This document shows positions 46,564 to 57,517 of a DNA stretch of 58,597 bases, in pieces (the first letter of the stretch is position 1; each line of letters begins with the position of its first letter). Where the stretch lies: positions 1-58,597 of the forward strand of contig CALCRE010000079.1 of NCBI GenBank assembly GCA_937894465.1, given 5' to 3'. The position numbers and the translations under genes are program-made. Origin of the DNA: an uncultured Clostridia bacterium (GTDB lineage: Bacteria > Bacillota > Clostridia > JAAYHZ01). The notes beneath the pieces were generated by a model. It did not search any database, was not told where the DNA came from, and saw nothing but the letters and a program-made list of their open reading frames with translations.

Positions 46564-47217
46564 ATGAAAAAGATGATTAGTTTAGTTTTAATTGCATCAA
46601 TTCTATTGATATCAATGGGTAGCGTTTTCGCAGCAACTGTGCCCGGTATGGTATATACAGACCACACTGCACAGGAGATGGATGCTATTTTAAGAAATGC
46701 AGGCGTCAAGGATGTGAAACCGATGGATTGGTATGCTCAAGGAACAGCGTCTCTTCTTGAAGCAGGATTAATTGCACCTGACAGCAATGGAAATATAAAT
46801 CCCTTGAGTACTGCGACAGCCGGAGATGCGGTGTCTCTAATTACCAAGGCACTCGGAATAGCAAATAAAACTGACACTCCTTCTATAGTGCTTCAAAAAG
46901 CAAAAGATGCCGGTCTTATCGAAGCAGGTGTTGCAACATCAACCGAAATGAAAAGAATTGATGCCGCTAAATTACTTGCCAAGGCATTTAATATGAGTTA
47001 CATTTCCGTTTACAACAAGAGGTTGTTCCCCTTCGAGGACTTCTATGCTTTTACACCGGATGAAAGAGGTATGGTAAGGGCGTTGAATGAACGTGGATTG
47101 TTCCTAGGTTACGCTATTGGAGGCGGCAAATATGAATTCCGTCCTAATAACATTATTACAAAAGGTGAGTTGTACACATTGATTGCAAGGTTGATCGCAT
47201 TTAGTTTGACAGCTTAA
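46564..47217 (+). CDS. Secreted SLH-domain protein (paralog 2)
   Basis: Colinear and highly similar to 45680-46324; FRPNNIITKGE. Confidence 0.8.
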   Translation: MKKMISLVLIASILLISMGSVFAATVPGMVYTDHTAQEMDAILRNAGVKDVKPMDWYAQGTASLLEAGLIAPDSNGNINPLSTATAGDAVSLITKALGIANKTDTPSIVLQKAKDAGLIEAGVATSTEMKRIDAAKLLAKAFNMSYISVYNKRLFPFEDFYAFTPDERGMVRALNERGLFLGYAIGGGKYEFRPNNIITKGELYTLIARLIAFSLTA

Positions 47218-47436
47218 GTAAGTTTATAAATATTGCATAAAGACAGTTTTACATAATAATGAATTATTCTTAAAACAGTACTAGGGTATTAGCCAACCGA
47301 TATCAGGAGAACATGCTTTTCCTGATATTGTTTTGTTTAGCCATTATTATTCTACTTTCACCTGTTTTTCTGTGAATTAGGTTGTTATTATTGTATTATA
47401 TAAATGAATTAATATTTCACAAGCATTGGAGGTAAC

Positions 47437-49713
47437 ATGAAGAGACTGATCATCCTTATCATCCTTTTGGCTGTTTCGGCAGGACCTATGTTCAGGGGTT
47501 TGTTTTTCCCTTACGAGATGTACTTATCCTTAGCGATCATTTCAGGATTATGTGCATTATACATGATTTTGAAGGTGGTGAAAGGGGAGAAGCTCCAACT
47601 AAATTACATCATTCTATTTGCAGGAGTCGTCCTTCTTTTGGCTTATTGTCTGGCATTTACTAAAGCGGTCAATGTCAGGGGGAATATTGAAACATTGATG
47701 CAATATGTTGTTTATTTTATGGTTCTTATTGTGATTTACGATTATTTTCATACACAAATTGATCATATACCGTGGATAGCTTTTGCTCCGATGTCAATCA
47801 TCGGTTTTTTATCGGCTGTGGTGGGATTGGCCGGATACACCAAGGTGTTCTCGGAGCTGGATGTCACTGTGAATGGTCAAAGAATCGGCTCAACTTTACA
47901 ATATGCCAATACCGCAGCTATTTATTATTTAATCTTGATCGCTTTAGCAACAGGGTTCATATTGAATCATAAAAACATCTTTGTTAAAGGCTTTTTTGCC
48001 ACTATATCCAATGTTATGTTTATGACGTTGTTTTTCACAAGCTCTCGAGGTGTTTTCCTTGTGATACCGGTGATTGTTTTCATCATTTTAATTTTGGCAA
48101 TGCCAAATGGATATCGATTTAAAAGCTTTATATATGTGCTTTGCGTCACACTTCCCACATTAACGGCCATGCAAGGTTATGAAGCCAACTCTCAAATTAA
48201 TAACCTCTTGTCTGCTTCTAAGTGGGTTATTCTATCAGCCGGTATATCAGCCATATCGATTATGCTTTTTTCCCTTTTGTTTCGTATAAGGATGGAAAAA
48301 AAATCAAGTTATGTAACAATCGGTGTTTTTATTTTAGGTATGGCAACAGCTCTTTTGGTCAAATGGCAAATTGTATCCGGTTTTGTTTTGAGCATCATTC
48401 CGGATAACATAATTGCACGAATTAAAGATATCAATTTTACAACCAACAGCGTTGTAATGCGATTTGAGTTTTATCGTGACGCTATAAGGCTGTTGAAAGA
48501 GCATTGGCTTTTAGGTTTGGGAGGAGGCGGATTTGCATCCTTGTATCAAAGCGTTCAGGAGTTGTATTATGCAGCCAGGTTGGTACATAATCATTATTTG
48601 CAGGTATTCGTTGAAGCCGGTATTTTAGGGTTTTTATCTTTTTCAATAATGGTGGTGGCCGCTTGTATTTATTTGATTTATTCTCGTGTACATTTGAAGG
48701 AAACCAAGCATAAGGTTTATGTAGCAGCTTGCTTTTGTGCATTTATTTCTTTGGCTGTCCATTCTGCCATTGACTTCAATTTAAGTTATGCATCTATGAG
48801 TTATTTGCTTTTTGCATTGATGGGAATATCAACGGCATATTTTAGTTATACCGGCAAGGAATTAGAACTGACCAAGGAGATTTCCGAGAAACAGAAAAAT
48901 TATTGGACGAAAAAGCTGATTCCTTCATTGATGATTTTGGTTTGTATTCCATGCATCTTTTTGGGTGTCCGTTATTCAAAGGCAGCTAAATTTGCTGCTG
49001 AAGGTACAGAATACAAAAATCTAATCGAAGCGGAAAAAGCATTGGAACTATATGAAATGGCAACTAATTTGGATCCTATGCTGGCATCTAATCATGCTGA
49101 AATTGCTGACTTGTCAATGTGGATGGCATATACCGCTCAAGTGGAAGCTGATAAATCCAAATGGATGGAAAAGGCTCTCTTCGAAGGAGAGGAAGCCATT
49201 CGCTTGGATCGATATTATCCATATTATAATAAAATCATGACTGATATTTATTTATTTGATGAGCAATACATTAAGGCCTGTGAGCAGGCCCAAATGCTTG
49301 TTTTTGTGCAACCTTTGGTAAGTAAGAACTATGAATTGTTAGCCGAAGCTTATGTAGAAGGTAGTATTGTATTGCTTCATGACAACAAAGCGGACAAGGC
49401 CGGGGAATGGCTTCGTAAATGCGAGGTTTTAGATCAAAATCCCAATGTAAAAGTTAATCACACCATGTCTTTTTATATAGGAAAGGCTGCTTTGCTCTCC
49501 GGTGATTATGAGAAAGCTCAAAAACTATTAGAATTTGCAGCAACCGGCTCGTTGGAATTGAAGATGGATAGTGATCGACTTTTGTATATCATCAATGAAG
49601 AAACCGGCAAGGAAAATGATAAATATGACGGTGTTTTATACATGGGTATGATCAAGTCCACTCCGGTGTACAAGCAGATCAAGGAAATCTTGCAATCAGG
49701 TGTATCGGATTGA
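47437..49713 (+). CDS. O-antigen ligase/O-oligosaccharyltransferase family membrane protein with C-terminal TPRs
   Basis: RIGSTLQYANT, TSSRG, GLGGGGF, HNHYLQ...E.GILG, HSAIDFNL. Confidence 0.85.
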   Translation: MKRLIILIILLAVSAGPMFRGLFFPYEMYLSLAIISGLCALYMILKVVKGEKLQLNYIILFAGVVLLLAYCLAFTKAVNVRGNIETLMQYVVYFMVLIVIYDYFHTQIDHIPWIAFAPMSIIGFLSAVVGLAGYTKVFSELDVTVNGQRIGSTLQYANTAAIYYLILIALATGFILNHKNIFVKGFFATISNVMFMTLFFTSSRGVFLVIPVIVFIILILAMPNGYRFKSFIYVLCVTLPTLTAMQGYEANSQINNLLSASKWVILSAGISAISIMLFSLLFRIRMEKKSSYVTIGVFILGMATALLVKWQIVSGFVLSIIPDNIIARIKDINFTTNSVVMRFEFYRDAIRLLKEHWLLGLGGGGFASLYQSVQELYYAARLVHNHYLQVFVEAGILGFLSFSIMVVAACIYLIYSRVHLKETKHKVYVAACFCAFISLAVHSAIDFNLSYASMSYLLFALMGISTAYFSYTGKELELTKEISEKQKNYWTKKLIPSLMILVCIPCIFLGVRYSKAAKFAAEGTEYKNLIEAEKALELYEMATNLDPMLASNHAEIADLSMWMAYTAQVEADKSKWMEKALFEGEEAIRLDRYYPYYNKIMTDIYLFDEQYIKACEQAQMLVFVQPLVSKNYELLAEAYVEGSIVLLHDNKADKAGEWLRKCEVLDQNPNVKVNHTMSFYIGKAALLSGDYEKAQKLLEFAATGSLELKMDSDRLLYIINEETGKENDKYDGVLYMGMIKSTPVYKQIKEILQSGVSD

Positions 49714-49777
49714 TATGTAATATCCGGTATGGAAACCGGAATACTTTTAAACTATTGGCATGCCGTCTAAAAAAGGT

Positions 49778-50041
49778 TTACTTTTCCACTGAAACACCTT
49801 TTATCTTCCTTACAATGTATAAAAGTAAGAAAGCGCCTAATGTGGCAACGATAATACTCCAAATATTAAAGCCGGTTATGCCGTCAACGCCGAATAATCT
49901 TAAGACCAAACCCCCGATGAAGGCACCTAGTATACCAATGACCACATTGGCCAAGCCTCCCATTTCGGAGTTTTTGCCTGCCATCATACTGGCTAGCCAT
50001 CCTGCTAATGCACCAACTATTATCCATGAGATTATACCCAT
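49778..50041 (-). CDS. GlsB/YeaQ/YmgE family stress-response membrane protein
   Basis: WIIVGALAGWLA...NVVIGILGAFIGG...ATLGA. Confidence 0.9.
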   Translation of the reverse strand: MGIISWIIVGALAGWLASMMAGKNSEMGGLANVVIGILGAFIGGLVLRLFGVDGITGFNIWSIIVATLGAFLLLYIVRKIKGVSVEK

Positions 50042-50219
50042 TTAATCTTCTCCTTTGCATTTGGATTTAATAAAATAATTTATTTTATTTTCCCCAAACT
50101 ACAATCAATTATTAAAGAATATACATCTAAAAACTGTAAAAACGAAAAAAAGTTAATCGCTTCTATGTAATTAACTTTTTTTTAATGCCATGTATTTCAT
50201 TATGTGGAAAAATGTTATC

Positions 50220-51365
50220 TTATTTATATTTGTGCAACAGTTCCATCATCAAATTGAAATTTTTTATAGGAGTGTTTGCCGTCACCAAATTCGAGCACCC
50301 GACAATAGCACCGCCATATTCTTTTGCAGCATTGATGGCTTCCATTACTTGGGTACGGATTTCCTTCTCATCACCGGTATCTAATGTAGAGGAGCTGATC
50401 CCACCGATCACAGTGATGTGGGGGTACTTTCTTTTTATGCTTCGAATGTCCATACCGCACTTGCAATCAGCTTCATAATGGGCATCTATACCGGCGTCGA
50501 TATATAAAGAATCGGCAACATCCCAAAAATAGCCGTCGCTACCGAAGGAATGAAATATGCCGTATTGCTTGCATGTATCTGATATTTTACGCAGTCTGGG
50601 AGCTACATGCTTTTTAAATACATCAGGTGAATATAGCAATCCTCTGTTACCGGCACAATCTCCTCCTCCGAATACAAATCGAGATCCTACGGCAGCCAAT
50701 AAGGGAATGTTTTTTAACGCTCTGGTAAGCTGTGCTTCCAAGTACCGATCCACCAAATCCGGTCTGAGAATGGTAGCTTCCAGCCAAAGGGGTTCTGTAT
50801 TCGGGATGGCTAAGGATAACCCGCCGGTGTATGTAGCTTTTTCATAATGGTAATAATTCATGGTATCAAGGTAATCCTTGTAGGATTCAGGAGAAGGTGT
50901 ATAGTTTTCTGCACTTTTTTCATGATAAGCGACGGTTTTTTCAAGCTGATCCGGATCGTTCATTTGAGGTAGCGTATCTTCAATACAAGAGAATAACTCA
51001 TATTGGGGATAATATCGCATTACGTAATGGGTTTTATCCGGACGCTTATATAAAAAGGTGGTTTCGTCCATCATTTGATCAGGCTTACGGGGATATCGCC
51101 AATAGGAAGAGCGTACAAAGTCCACATCTAGCTTCGAAGCCCAATCCAAGGCGTCTTGCTTGCTCTTAGCAAGAAATTCGTCGTGTGCTCCTTTGCCCTG
51201 CCAAAGGGCGAATGTTTCCTCATATCGTTGGCTTCCGCCTCCTACATAAGCTTTCCTTCCTAACACATCCGATGCAAATTTCGATGACACCGACCCGCAG
51301 TAAATGGGAACATGGTCGCTTTTTTGTTTGGTATAGGCCATGAGGACCCGCTGGTATGAATTCAT
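50220..51365 (-). CDS. Uroporphyrinogen decarboxylase (URO-D/MtaA-CmuA) superfamily protein
   Basis: MNSYQRV, D..GN.GLLYSP..F, SDG, IGGIS...L..G....I. Confidence 0.75.
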   Translation of the reverse strand: MNSYQRVLMAYTKQKSDHVPIYCGSVSSKFASDVLGRKAYVGGGSQRYEETFALWQGKGAHDEFLAKSKQDALDWASKLDVDFVRSSYWRYPRKPDQMMDETTFLYKRPDKTHYVMRYYPQYELFSCIEDTLPQMNDPDQLEKTVAYHEKSAENYTPSPESYKDYLDTMNYYHYEKATYTGGLSLAIPNTEPLWLEATILRPDLVDRYLEAQLTRALKNIPLLAAVGSRFVFGGGDCAGNRGLLYSPDVFKKHVAPRLRKISDTCKQYGIFHSFGSDGYFWDVADSLYIDAGIDAHYEADCKCGMDIRSIKRKYPHITVIGGISSSTLDTGDEKEIRTQVMEAINAAKEYGGAIVGCSNLVTANTPIKNFNLMMELLHKYK

Positions 51366-51549
51366 TTTTTCGGCACGGGAAAACCCGACACCCTTTCTGT
51401 ATGATGTTTTTATTATAACCTTCTTGTACCTTGATGTACAATAGAAAAATGTAGCATTCGTTGTAATCGAATTGAAATCATGTTAACATGATTTTATGAT
51501 CATGCACCTTGGATATTAGAAGGAACGGTCATATATTCCATGTGAACAA

Positions 51550-53145
51550 ATGAGGTTTTCTATGAGCAATGATAATGGGTCTGTAAAAGAGTGGTTGACC
51601 TATTTTGATGATCAAAACTGTCGGAGAGATCAACTGATAGAAATATACGGGAATGATCAGGATTTGATTTGTGAGAGGATCAAGGATTATAAACATATAT
51701 TGAAACTTCATCATGAGACATACGGTACTCGGGATCGGGTGGTGATTGCCAGATCTCCGGGACGGATTAATCTTATGGGAAAACACATTGATCACCAAGG
51801 AGGCCATGTAAATGTGATGGCTATTAACAAGGAAATCCTATTGGTTGCCTCGGCTCGTGAGGATGATGAAATCCATATGGTAAACACGGATCCTGCTTTT
51901 CCAAACCGTTCATTTCATATTTCCCAATGTTTTGAAAACCAACCTCCAAAGGATTGGTTCTCGTATATAAAGTCTGATTTTGTCAAGGAATCTTTCAAAG
52001 GGTGCTTCGGTGATTGGGTGCACTATGTTAAGGGAGTGATTCTACGATTGCAAACGGAATTCAGCGACAGAAAGCTTTGTGGAATGAACATGGCATTCTC
52101 CGGGAACATTCCGATTTCTGCAGGACTGTCCGGCTCCTCAGCTCTTGTGGTCAGTACATTAGAAGCCTATAGTTCGTTAAATCAACTCGATCTTACAAAA
52201 AAACGTTCTGTTGAGCTCTGCGGAGAAGGTGAGTGGTATGTGGGTTTGAACAATGGCTTTTCCGATCCTGCTGCCATGAAGTATGCACAAAGGGGGCATA
52301 TGGTCAAGTTAAGTTTTCGACCATTTGTATATGAAAAGACATTTGCTTTTCCTGAAGAATATAAAATTGTCGTTGCCGATTCTTATGTTAAAGCTAATAA
52401 GACAGGCAATGCCAAAGATACATATAACCAACGGGTGGCTACCTATGGAATGGGAATGCTGCTTCTTTCGGAACTGTTCCCGGAATATATGAAACGTTTT
52501 TCCTGTTTACGGGATATACAAAGTGATTCATTGGGTATGTCCACTCAAGACATTTATCGCATGCTTGCAGCTTTACCGGAGCAAATATCCATAGAACAAT
52601 TATACAAACAATATCCTCGGGAAAAACATGAGAATTTACGAAAACTGTTGAAAACCCACAACCCCTTTCCGATCTATTTCGTTCGCGGGGTGATGTTGTA
52701 TGGCATCGCCGAATGCCGGCGAGCAAGACTTTGTTCTGACTTGATCGAGCAAAACCGTATGGAGGAATTCGGGGAGTGGATGACCATCAGTCACGATGGA
52801 GACCGTGTTTGTAAAACCGATGATCAAGGCAACCGGGTACCTTATAATAATGATTGGTCGGCGGGGATGCTTTATGAACCTTTGGAAAGGCAACAGGGAA
52901 GCTATTCTTGTTCAGTACCGGAAATCGATTTTATGGTAGATAAAGCATTAAGTGTGCAAGGGGTTCTAGGAGCACAAATATCCGGTGCCGGTTTGGGCGG
53001 TTGTATGATGGCGTTAGTAAGAACCGATGCGGTAAGTGCGCTGACCGAATGCCTTGAAAAAGAATATTATGCACCACTAAAAAAACAACCTAAGATTATG
53101 GTGTGCTCTCCTGTAAAAGGATCTTGCTGTTTGAGGAGAGCCTGA
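51550..53145 (+). CDS. Galactokinase-like GHMP sugar kinase
   Basis: SPGRINLMGKHIDH.GG, PISAGLSGSSA, GAQISGAGLGGC. Confidence 0.85.
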   Translation: MRFSMSNDNGSVKEWLTYFDDQNCRRDQLIEIYGNDQDLICERIKDYKHILKLHHETYGTRDRVVIARSPGRINLMGKHIDHQGGHVNVMAINKEILLVASAREDDEIHMVNTDPAFPNRSFHISQCFENQPPKDWFSYIKSDFVKESFKGCFGDWVHYVKGVILRLQTEFSDRKLCGMNMAFSGNIPISAGLSGSSALVVSTLEAYSSLNQLDLTKKRSVELCGEGEWYVGLNNGFSDPAAMKYAQRGHMVKLSFRPFVYEKTFAFPEEYKIVVADSYVKANKTGNAKDTYNQRVATYGMGMLLLSELFPEYMKRFSCLRDIQSDSLGMSTQDIYRMLAALPEQISIEQLYKQYPREKHENLRKLLKTHNPFPIYFVRGVMLYGIAECRRARLCSDLIEQNRMEEFGEWMTISHDGDRVCKTDDQGNRVPYNNDWSAGMLYEPLERQQGSYSCSVPEIDFMVDKALSVQGVLGAQISGAGLGGCMMALVRTDAVSALTECLEKEYYAPLKKQPKIMVCSPVKGSCCLRRA

Positions 53146-53612
53146 TGAAAACTCGAAAAATATGTTCTTGGATCCTAGTGGTGATGTGGATGGGGTTGAT
53201 CTTTTTTATGTCGGCACAAGTAGCGGATCAATCCAATGAAATTAGCACGGGTATCACCGATCGAATTATAACGGGAATAGAAAAATTAGTACCTACAATT
53301 CGAATTGACCGTTATAGCATGAATCATCTGATTCGTAAGAGCGCTCATTTTTACACCTATATGGTTCTAGGATTGTTAGTTTGTAATGCTTTGATGTTGG
53401 GTAAGAACAAAAAGCTGAAAACTTATCTTACAGCATTGATCATTTGTGTTTTGTATGCCATATCAGATGAGGTCCATCAATTGTTCGTCGAGGGTCGTGG
53501 AGGTCAAATAAAGGATGTGTTGCTAGATAGCATCGGATCTTTGACCGGGCTTGGTCTATATGCTGTTTTAGTTCGGCTGATTCGTTTATCAAGGAAGAAA
53601 AGGAAGTCGTAA
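53145..53612 (+). CDS. VanZ family membrane protein
   Basis: IRKSAHF..Y, YAISDEVHQLFVEGR, DVLLD. Confidence 0.92.
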   Translation: MKTRKICSWILVVMWMGLIFFMSAQVADQSNEISTGITDRIITGIEKLVPTIRIDRYSMNHLIRKSAHFYTYMVLGLLVCNALMLGKNKKLKTYLTALIICVLYAISDEVHQLFVEGRGGQIKDVLLDSIGSLTGLGLYAVLVRLIRLSRKKRKS

Positions 53613-53736
53613 AACGAAACCTAAAAAGTCGTTTTTTTTTCTTAATAGTTCTTTTTACTGCTGTTTATCAAAGCTTTCGTTAGTTATGATATAATTATAG
53701 CTATAGCTTAGTATTAAATGAAAAGGAGGACTTTTC

Positions 53737-55344
53737 ATGGAGTATAGTTCTTTTGATTATCTTTATCCGTCCAAAAGAATAGTGACCTATGGTAATAAAG
53801 GAATGGTGGCAACATCTTCGCAATTGGCCGCTCAAGCGGGATTAGACGCCCTCAAAGCAGGAGGAAACGCGATAGATGCAGCTGTTGCAACAGCTGCTTG
53901 CTTGACGGTGACCGAGCCTGTGGCAAACGGCATTGGCGGTGATTTGTTTTCATTGGTTTGGTACCAAGGAAAGCTTTATGGGCTCAACGCAAGCGGACCT
54001 GCCCCGAGGAGCTTACATGCAGAGGATGTGCGAGCAAAAGGGTACAAGGAAATGCCGATTTACGGTTGGATCCCGGTAACCGTACCGGGTGCACCGAAAG
54101 GATGGGCTCAATTAAACAAACGCTTTGGGAAGAGGAGTTTATCCGATAATCTGCAATATGCCGTCTCGAACGCAAGAGACGGGTATGCAGTTTCTTCTGT
54201 TGTCAGTGCTGCATGGCAAAGCGCTTTTACTAACTATTCAGCTCAGTTAAAAGGTGAAGCCTTCAAGGGTTGGTTTGAAACTTTCGCTCCAAAGAATAAA
54301 GCGCCATTACCGGGAGAAATTTTTTTCTTGCCGGATCATGCCGATACATTGGAAGCTATTGGTAAAACCGATGCACAAGACTTCTATTCCGGCTCGATAG
54401 CTGAAAGAATCGATGCTTTTTCAAAACAAACCGGAGGATACATTCGGCAAGAAGACTTGTCGAGTTATGAAGCCCAGTGGGTCGATCCCGTGAGTATTCG
54501 CTACAGAGGTTATGATGTATGGGAGATTCCTCCTAACGGGCATGGTATTGTTGCCCTTATGGCGTTAAATATTGTCCGTCGTTTCGAATTCAAAGAAAGA
54601 GATCATATAGATACGTATCATCGTCAAATCGAAGCGATGAAATTGGCGTATGCCGACGCTTTTGCCTATATTGCCGACCCTTCTCATATGAATGTGAGAA
54701 CTCAAGACCTTCTCTCGGAATCCTATGGTCAAAAAAGAAGTTTGCTCATCGAAGATCAAGCGGTTGTGCCTCGATGTGGAAAGCCTGCGACAAGCGGTAC
54801 TGTTTATCTTGCTACTGCAGACGGAGATGGAAATATGGTGTCTTTGATCCAAAGTAACTATAAAGGCTTCGGTTCGGGTATTGTGATACCCGGAACAGGA
54901 ATTGCTCTCCATGATCGTGGAAGCAACTTTGTATTAGAAGAAAATCATCCGAACTGTCTTGCCTCGGGCAAAAGACCATACCACACCATTATTCCCGGTT
55001 TCTTAACCAAAGACAATTTACCGGTCGGTCCTTTTGGTGTCATGGGGGGCTTTATGCAACCTCAAGGACATATGCAAGTCATCATGAATACTGTGGATTT
55101 TATGCTGAATCCTCAACAAGCGTTGGATGCTCCAAGATGGCGATGGACGGAAGGTAAAAAGATCGAGGTGGAACCTGGTATTCCTTCCCGGATTGCCGTT
55201 CAACTAGCCCAAAAAGGTCATGAAGTATCCGTTCAAAAAGATCCGGGAGGCTTCGGGAGAGGTCAAATTATATGGAGGACAAAAGAAGGAAGTCTTTGTG
55301 GTGGAACCGAACCTAGAACAGATGGGGCGGTAGTTGCATGGTAA
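53737..55344 (+). CDS. Gamma-glutamyltransferase family protein (YwrD-like)
   Basis: GGNAIDAAVA, GTVYL (Thr nucleophile), KRPYHTIIP, GVMGGFMQPQGH. Confidence 0.92.
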   Translation: MEYSSFDYLYPSKRIVTYGNKGMVATSSQLAAQAGLDALKAGGNAIDAAVATAACLTVTEPVANGIGGDLFSLVWYQGKLYGLNASGPAPRSLHAEDVRAKGYKEMPIYGWIPVTVPGAPKGWAQLNKRFGKRSLSDNLQYAVSNARDGYAVSSVVSAAWQSAFTNYSAQLKGEAFKGWFETFAPKNKAPLPGEIFFLPDHADTLEAIGKTDAQDFYSGSIAERIDAFSKQTGGYIRQEDLSSYEAQWVDPVSIRYRGYDVWEIPPNGHGIVALMALNIVRRFEFKERDHIDTYHRQIEAMKLAYADAFAYIADPSHMNVRTQDLLSESYGQKRSLLIEDQAVVPRCGKPATSGTVYLATADGDGNMVSLIQSNYKGFGSGIVIPGTGIALHDRGSNFVLEENHPNCLASGKRPYHTIIPGFLTKDNLPVGPFGVMGGFMQPQGHMQVIMNTVDFMLNPQQALDAPRWRWTEGKKIEVEPGIPSRIAVQLAQKGHEVSVQKDPGGFGRGQIIWRTKEGSLCGGTEPRTDGAVVAW

Positions 55345-55439
55345 CTCTTTTATCGCTTATTGAATGCATAGAGTTGTTGACAATCTTGTAAATAGCAATT
55401 AAGATTGATCGAGTGAAAACATTGTAAAGGGGTTTTATT

Positions 55440-55952
55440 TTGTATTCGTACTGTGTGTTTTGCAAAACAGGAAGTGAGTTGTCGGTTGCTGAAAAAATAA
55501 ATATTATAGATAAATCGGTAAAAGCAGTTGCGCCTATGCGGACTATGCAAGAAAAGCGCAATGGGAAATGGATAGGAAAAGAAAAAGTGCTTTTACCGGG
55601 ATATGTTTTTTTATATTCAGAAAATGATTTTGACACAAACCTAATCCGCAATCTTACAGATTTATATAAAGTGCTCAGTTATGATTATGGGATCCGATCT
55701 TTGGTTGGGAAGGATTATGAATATGCTATGTGGATATGGAAATACCACGGTAGTATTGACACATCCAAGGTATTGACCGTTGGGAGTAGTGTCAAGGTCG
55801 TTGAGGGGCCGCTTCTTGATTCTAACGGTGTGATCAAAAAATTGGATAAGCACAAAAGAAAGGTATGGGTAGAGTTTGACTTCGACGGTATATCTAGGAT
55901 GATTGTCTTATCCGCCGTGTGTGTTGATTCTATGGATAATCCCACCGGTTAA
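55440..55952 (+). CDS. NusG paralog, LoaP/UpxY-type antiterminator
   Basis: NGN domain (TGSE, LLPGYVF) plus KOW (VKVVEGPL....G.IKKLDKHKRK). Confidence 0.8.
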   Translation: MYSYCVFCKTGSELSVAEKINIIDKSVKAVAPMRTMQEKRNGKWIGKEKVLLPGYVFLYSENDFDTNLIRNLTDLYKVLSYDYGIRSLVGKDYEYAMWIWKYHGSIDTSKVLTVGSSVKVVEGPLLDSNGVIKKLDKHKRKVWVEFDFDGISRMIVLSAVCVDSMDNPTG

Positions 55953-56026
55953 CCTGAATTTAACACGTTATAGACTTTGTATTCATATTTTGATATCATG
56001 GTCTCTAGTTTACGTGATTTGGTTGA

Positions 56027-57517
56027 TTGGCAAAACGAAATTGTAAAGGATGTGGAGATTCGTTGGGGATACAAACGAAAGGCAAGAGAATACTTGCCTT
56101 AGACTTGGTGGAAGCCGACAATACCGACATAGAACAAAGCGGTAAAAAGGCTAAAAAGGAAAATCTGCCTGCCGGGGTGACCTCCAAAATGTTGTATCGG
56201 GATGTTATTCATATCGCATGGCCGTCATTGATTGAATTAGCACTGACACAAGCGGTATCAATGGCTGACATGATGATGGTAGGCGGTTTGGGTCATTGGG
56301 CGATATCGGCGGTAGGTTTGACAACACAACCGAAGTTTTTGTTAATGACTATGTTTATGGCGCTGAATGTGGGTGCCACTGCTTTGGTGGCACGGTACAA
56401 AGGAGCGGGAGATCCTAAAAAGGCCAATATCATTTTACGCCAAGCTTTCATGTTGACCTTTATCATTTCTTTAATCAGTTCTGTTCTCGGATATATTTTT
56501 TCACGACCTATGGTGAACTTCATGGGAGCTGAAAGTGAGCTTACCTTAATAGAAGGAACCAAATACCTGAAAGTTCAAATGATCGGATTACCTATATTAG
56601 GTCTTACCAGTACCATTACCGCTTGTTTAAGAGGTGTAGGTGAAACACGAACCGCCATGATTTACAACCTCACGGCAAACATTGTCAATGTCTTTTTCAA
56701 CTGGTTGTTAATTCATGGTCACTGGGGTTTTCCTGCACTTGGCGTTGAGGGGGCATCCATTGCAACGGTCATAGGTCAAACAGTTGCTTTTATCATGGCT
56801 ATGGTTACAATCACAAAAGGAAAAGGTTTTTTGATTCTAAAATTCAAAGAAGGTTTCAAACCTCAGTGGGAATACATCAAAAGCATCATTAATATCGGTA
56901 TCCCTTCGATGATAGAACAGCTAATCATGAGAGCGGGGATGGTCCTGTACACCCTGACCATCACTTCGTTGGGCGATATGGCATACGCTATTCATCAAAT
57001 CGCCATGAATATGCTGGGGATGTCTTTTATGATCGGTCAAGCGTTTGCTGTTTCAGCCACATCCCTGACAGGACAATGTCTGGGCAAGAGAAGGACGGAT
57101 ATGGCTGAGGCATACGGCCATCGAACCCGTCGCGCAGGTATGATCATATCTTTGTTGGTAGGAATCATTTTCTTCTTCTTTGGGGGACAGTTGACAAAGC
57201 TATATAACCAAGACCCTTTTATTGTAGAACAAGGTGCGCAAATTATGCGATTGGTAGCTTTTATCATACCCTTCCAAACATCTCAATTCATATTGGCAGG
57301 TGCTTTGAGAGGTGCAGGAGATACAAGGGCAACAGCTGTGATCACTTTGTTGACAGTATTGATGTTAAGACCCGGATTGTCCTATGTCTTCATCCATATT
57401 CTTGAAATAGGTGTTATCGGAGCGTGGGTGGCATTAGGGTTAGATCAATTTTCAAGATCAGTTCTTGTTCTGGGGCGATATAACTCAGGGAAGTGGAAAC
57501 ATATTCGGGTAGATTAA
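56027..57517 (+). CDS. MATE family efflux transporter
   Basis: D.MMVG.LG..AISAVG, LRG.G.T, GVEGASIAT, GQCLG, LRGAGDT. Start codon uncertain. Confidence 0.92.
   Translation: MAKRNCKGCGDSLGIQTKGKRILALDLVEADNTDIEQSGKKAKKENLPAGVTSKMLYRDVIHIAWPSLIELALTQAVSMADMMMVGGLGHWAISAVGLTTQPKFLLMTMFMALNVGATALVARYKGAGDPKKANIILRQAFMLTFIISLISSVLGYIFSRPMVNFMGAESELTLIEGTKYLKVQMIGLPILGLTSTITACLRGVGETRTAMIYNLTANIVNVFFNWLLIHGHWGFPALGVEGASIATVIGQTVAFIMAMVTITKGKGFLILKFKEGFKPQWEYIKSIINIGIPSMIEQLIMRAGMVLYTLTITSLGDMAYAIHQIAMNMLGMSFMIGQAFAVSATSLTGQCLGKRRTDMAEAYGHRTRRAGMIISLLVGIIFFFFGGQLTKLYNQDPFIVEQGAQIMRLVAFIIPFQTSQFILAGALRGAGDTRATAVITLLTVLMLRPGLSYVFIHILEIGVIGAWVALGLDQFSRSVLVLGRYNSGKWKHIRVD

Noticed and set aside
49710-50045. 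111-aa plus-strand ORF and the many other short overlapping ORFs in the track (e.g. 19268-19759, 23152-23568, 55313-55651)
   Set aside because: Antisense or alternate-frame shadows of well-supported genes, with no motifs of their own.
50220-51365. hemE
   Set aside because: Lacks the N-terminal RQAGR motif of true HemE; only superfamily-level similarity.
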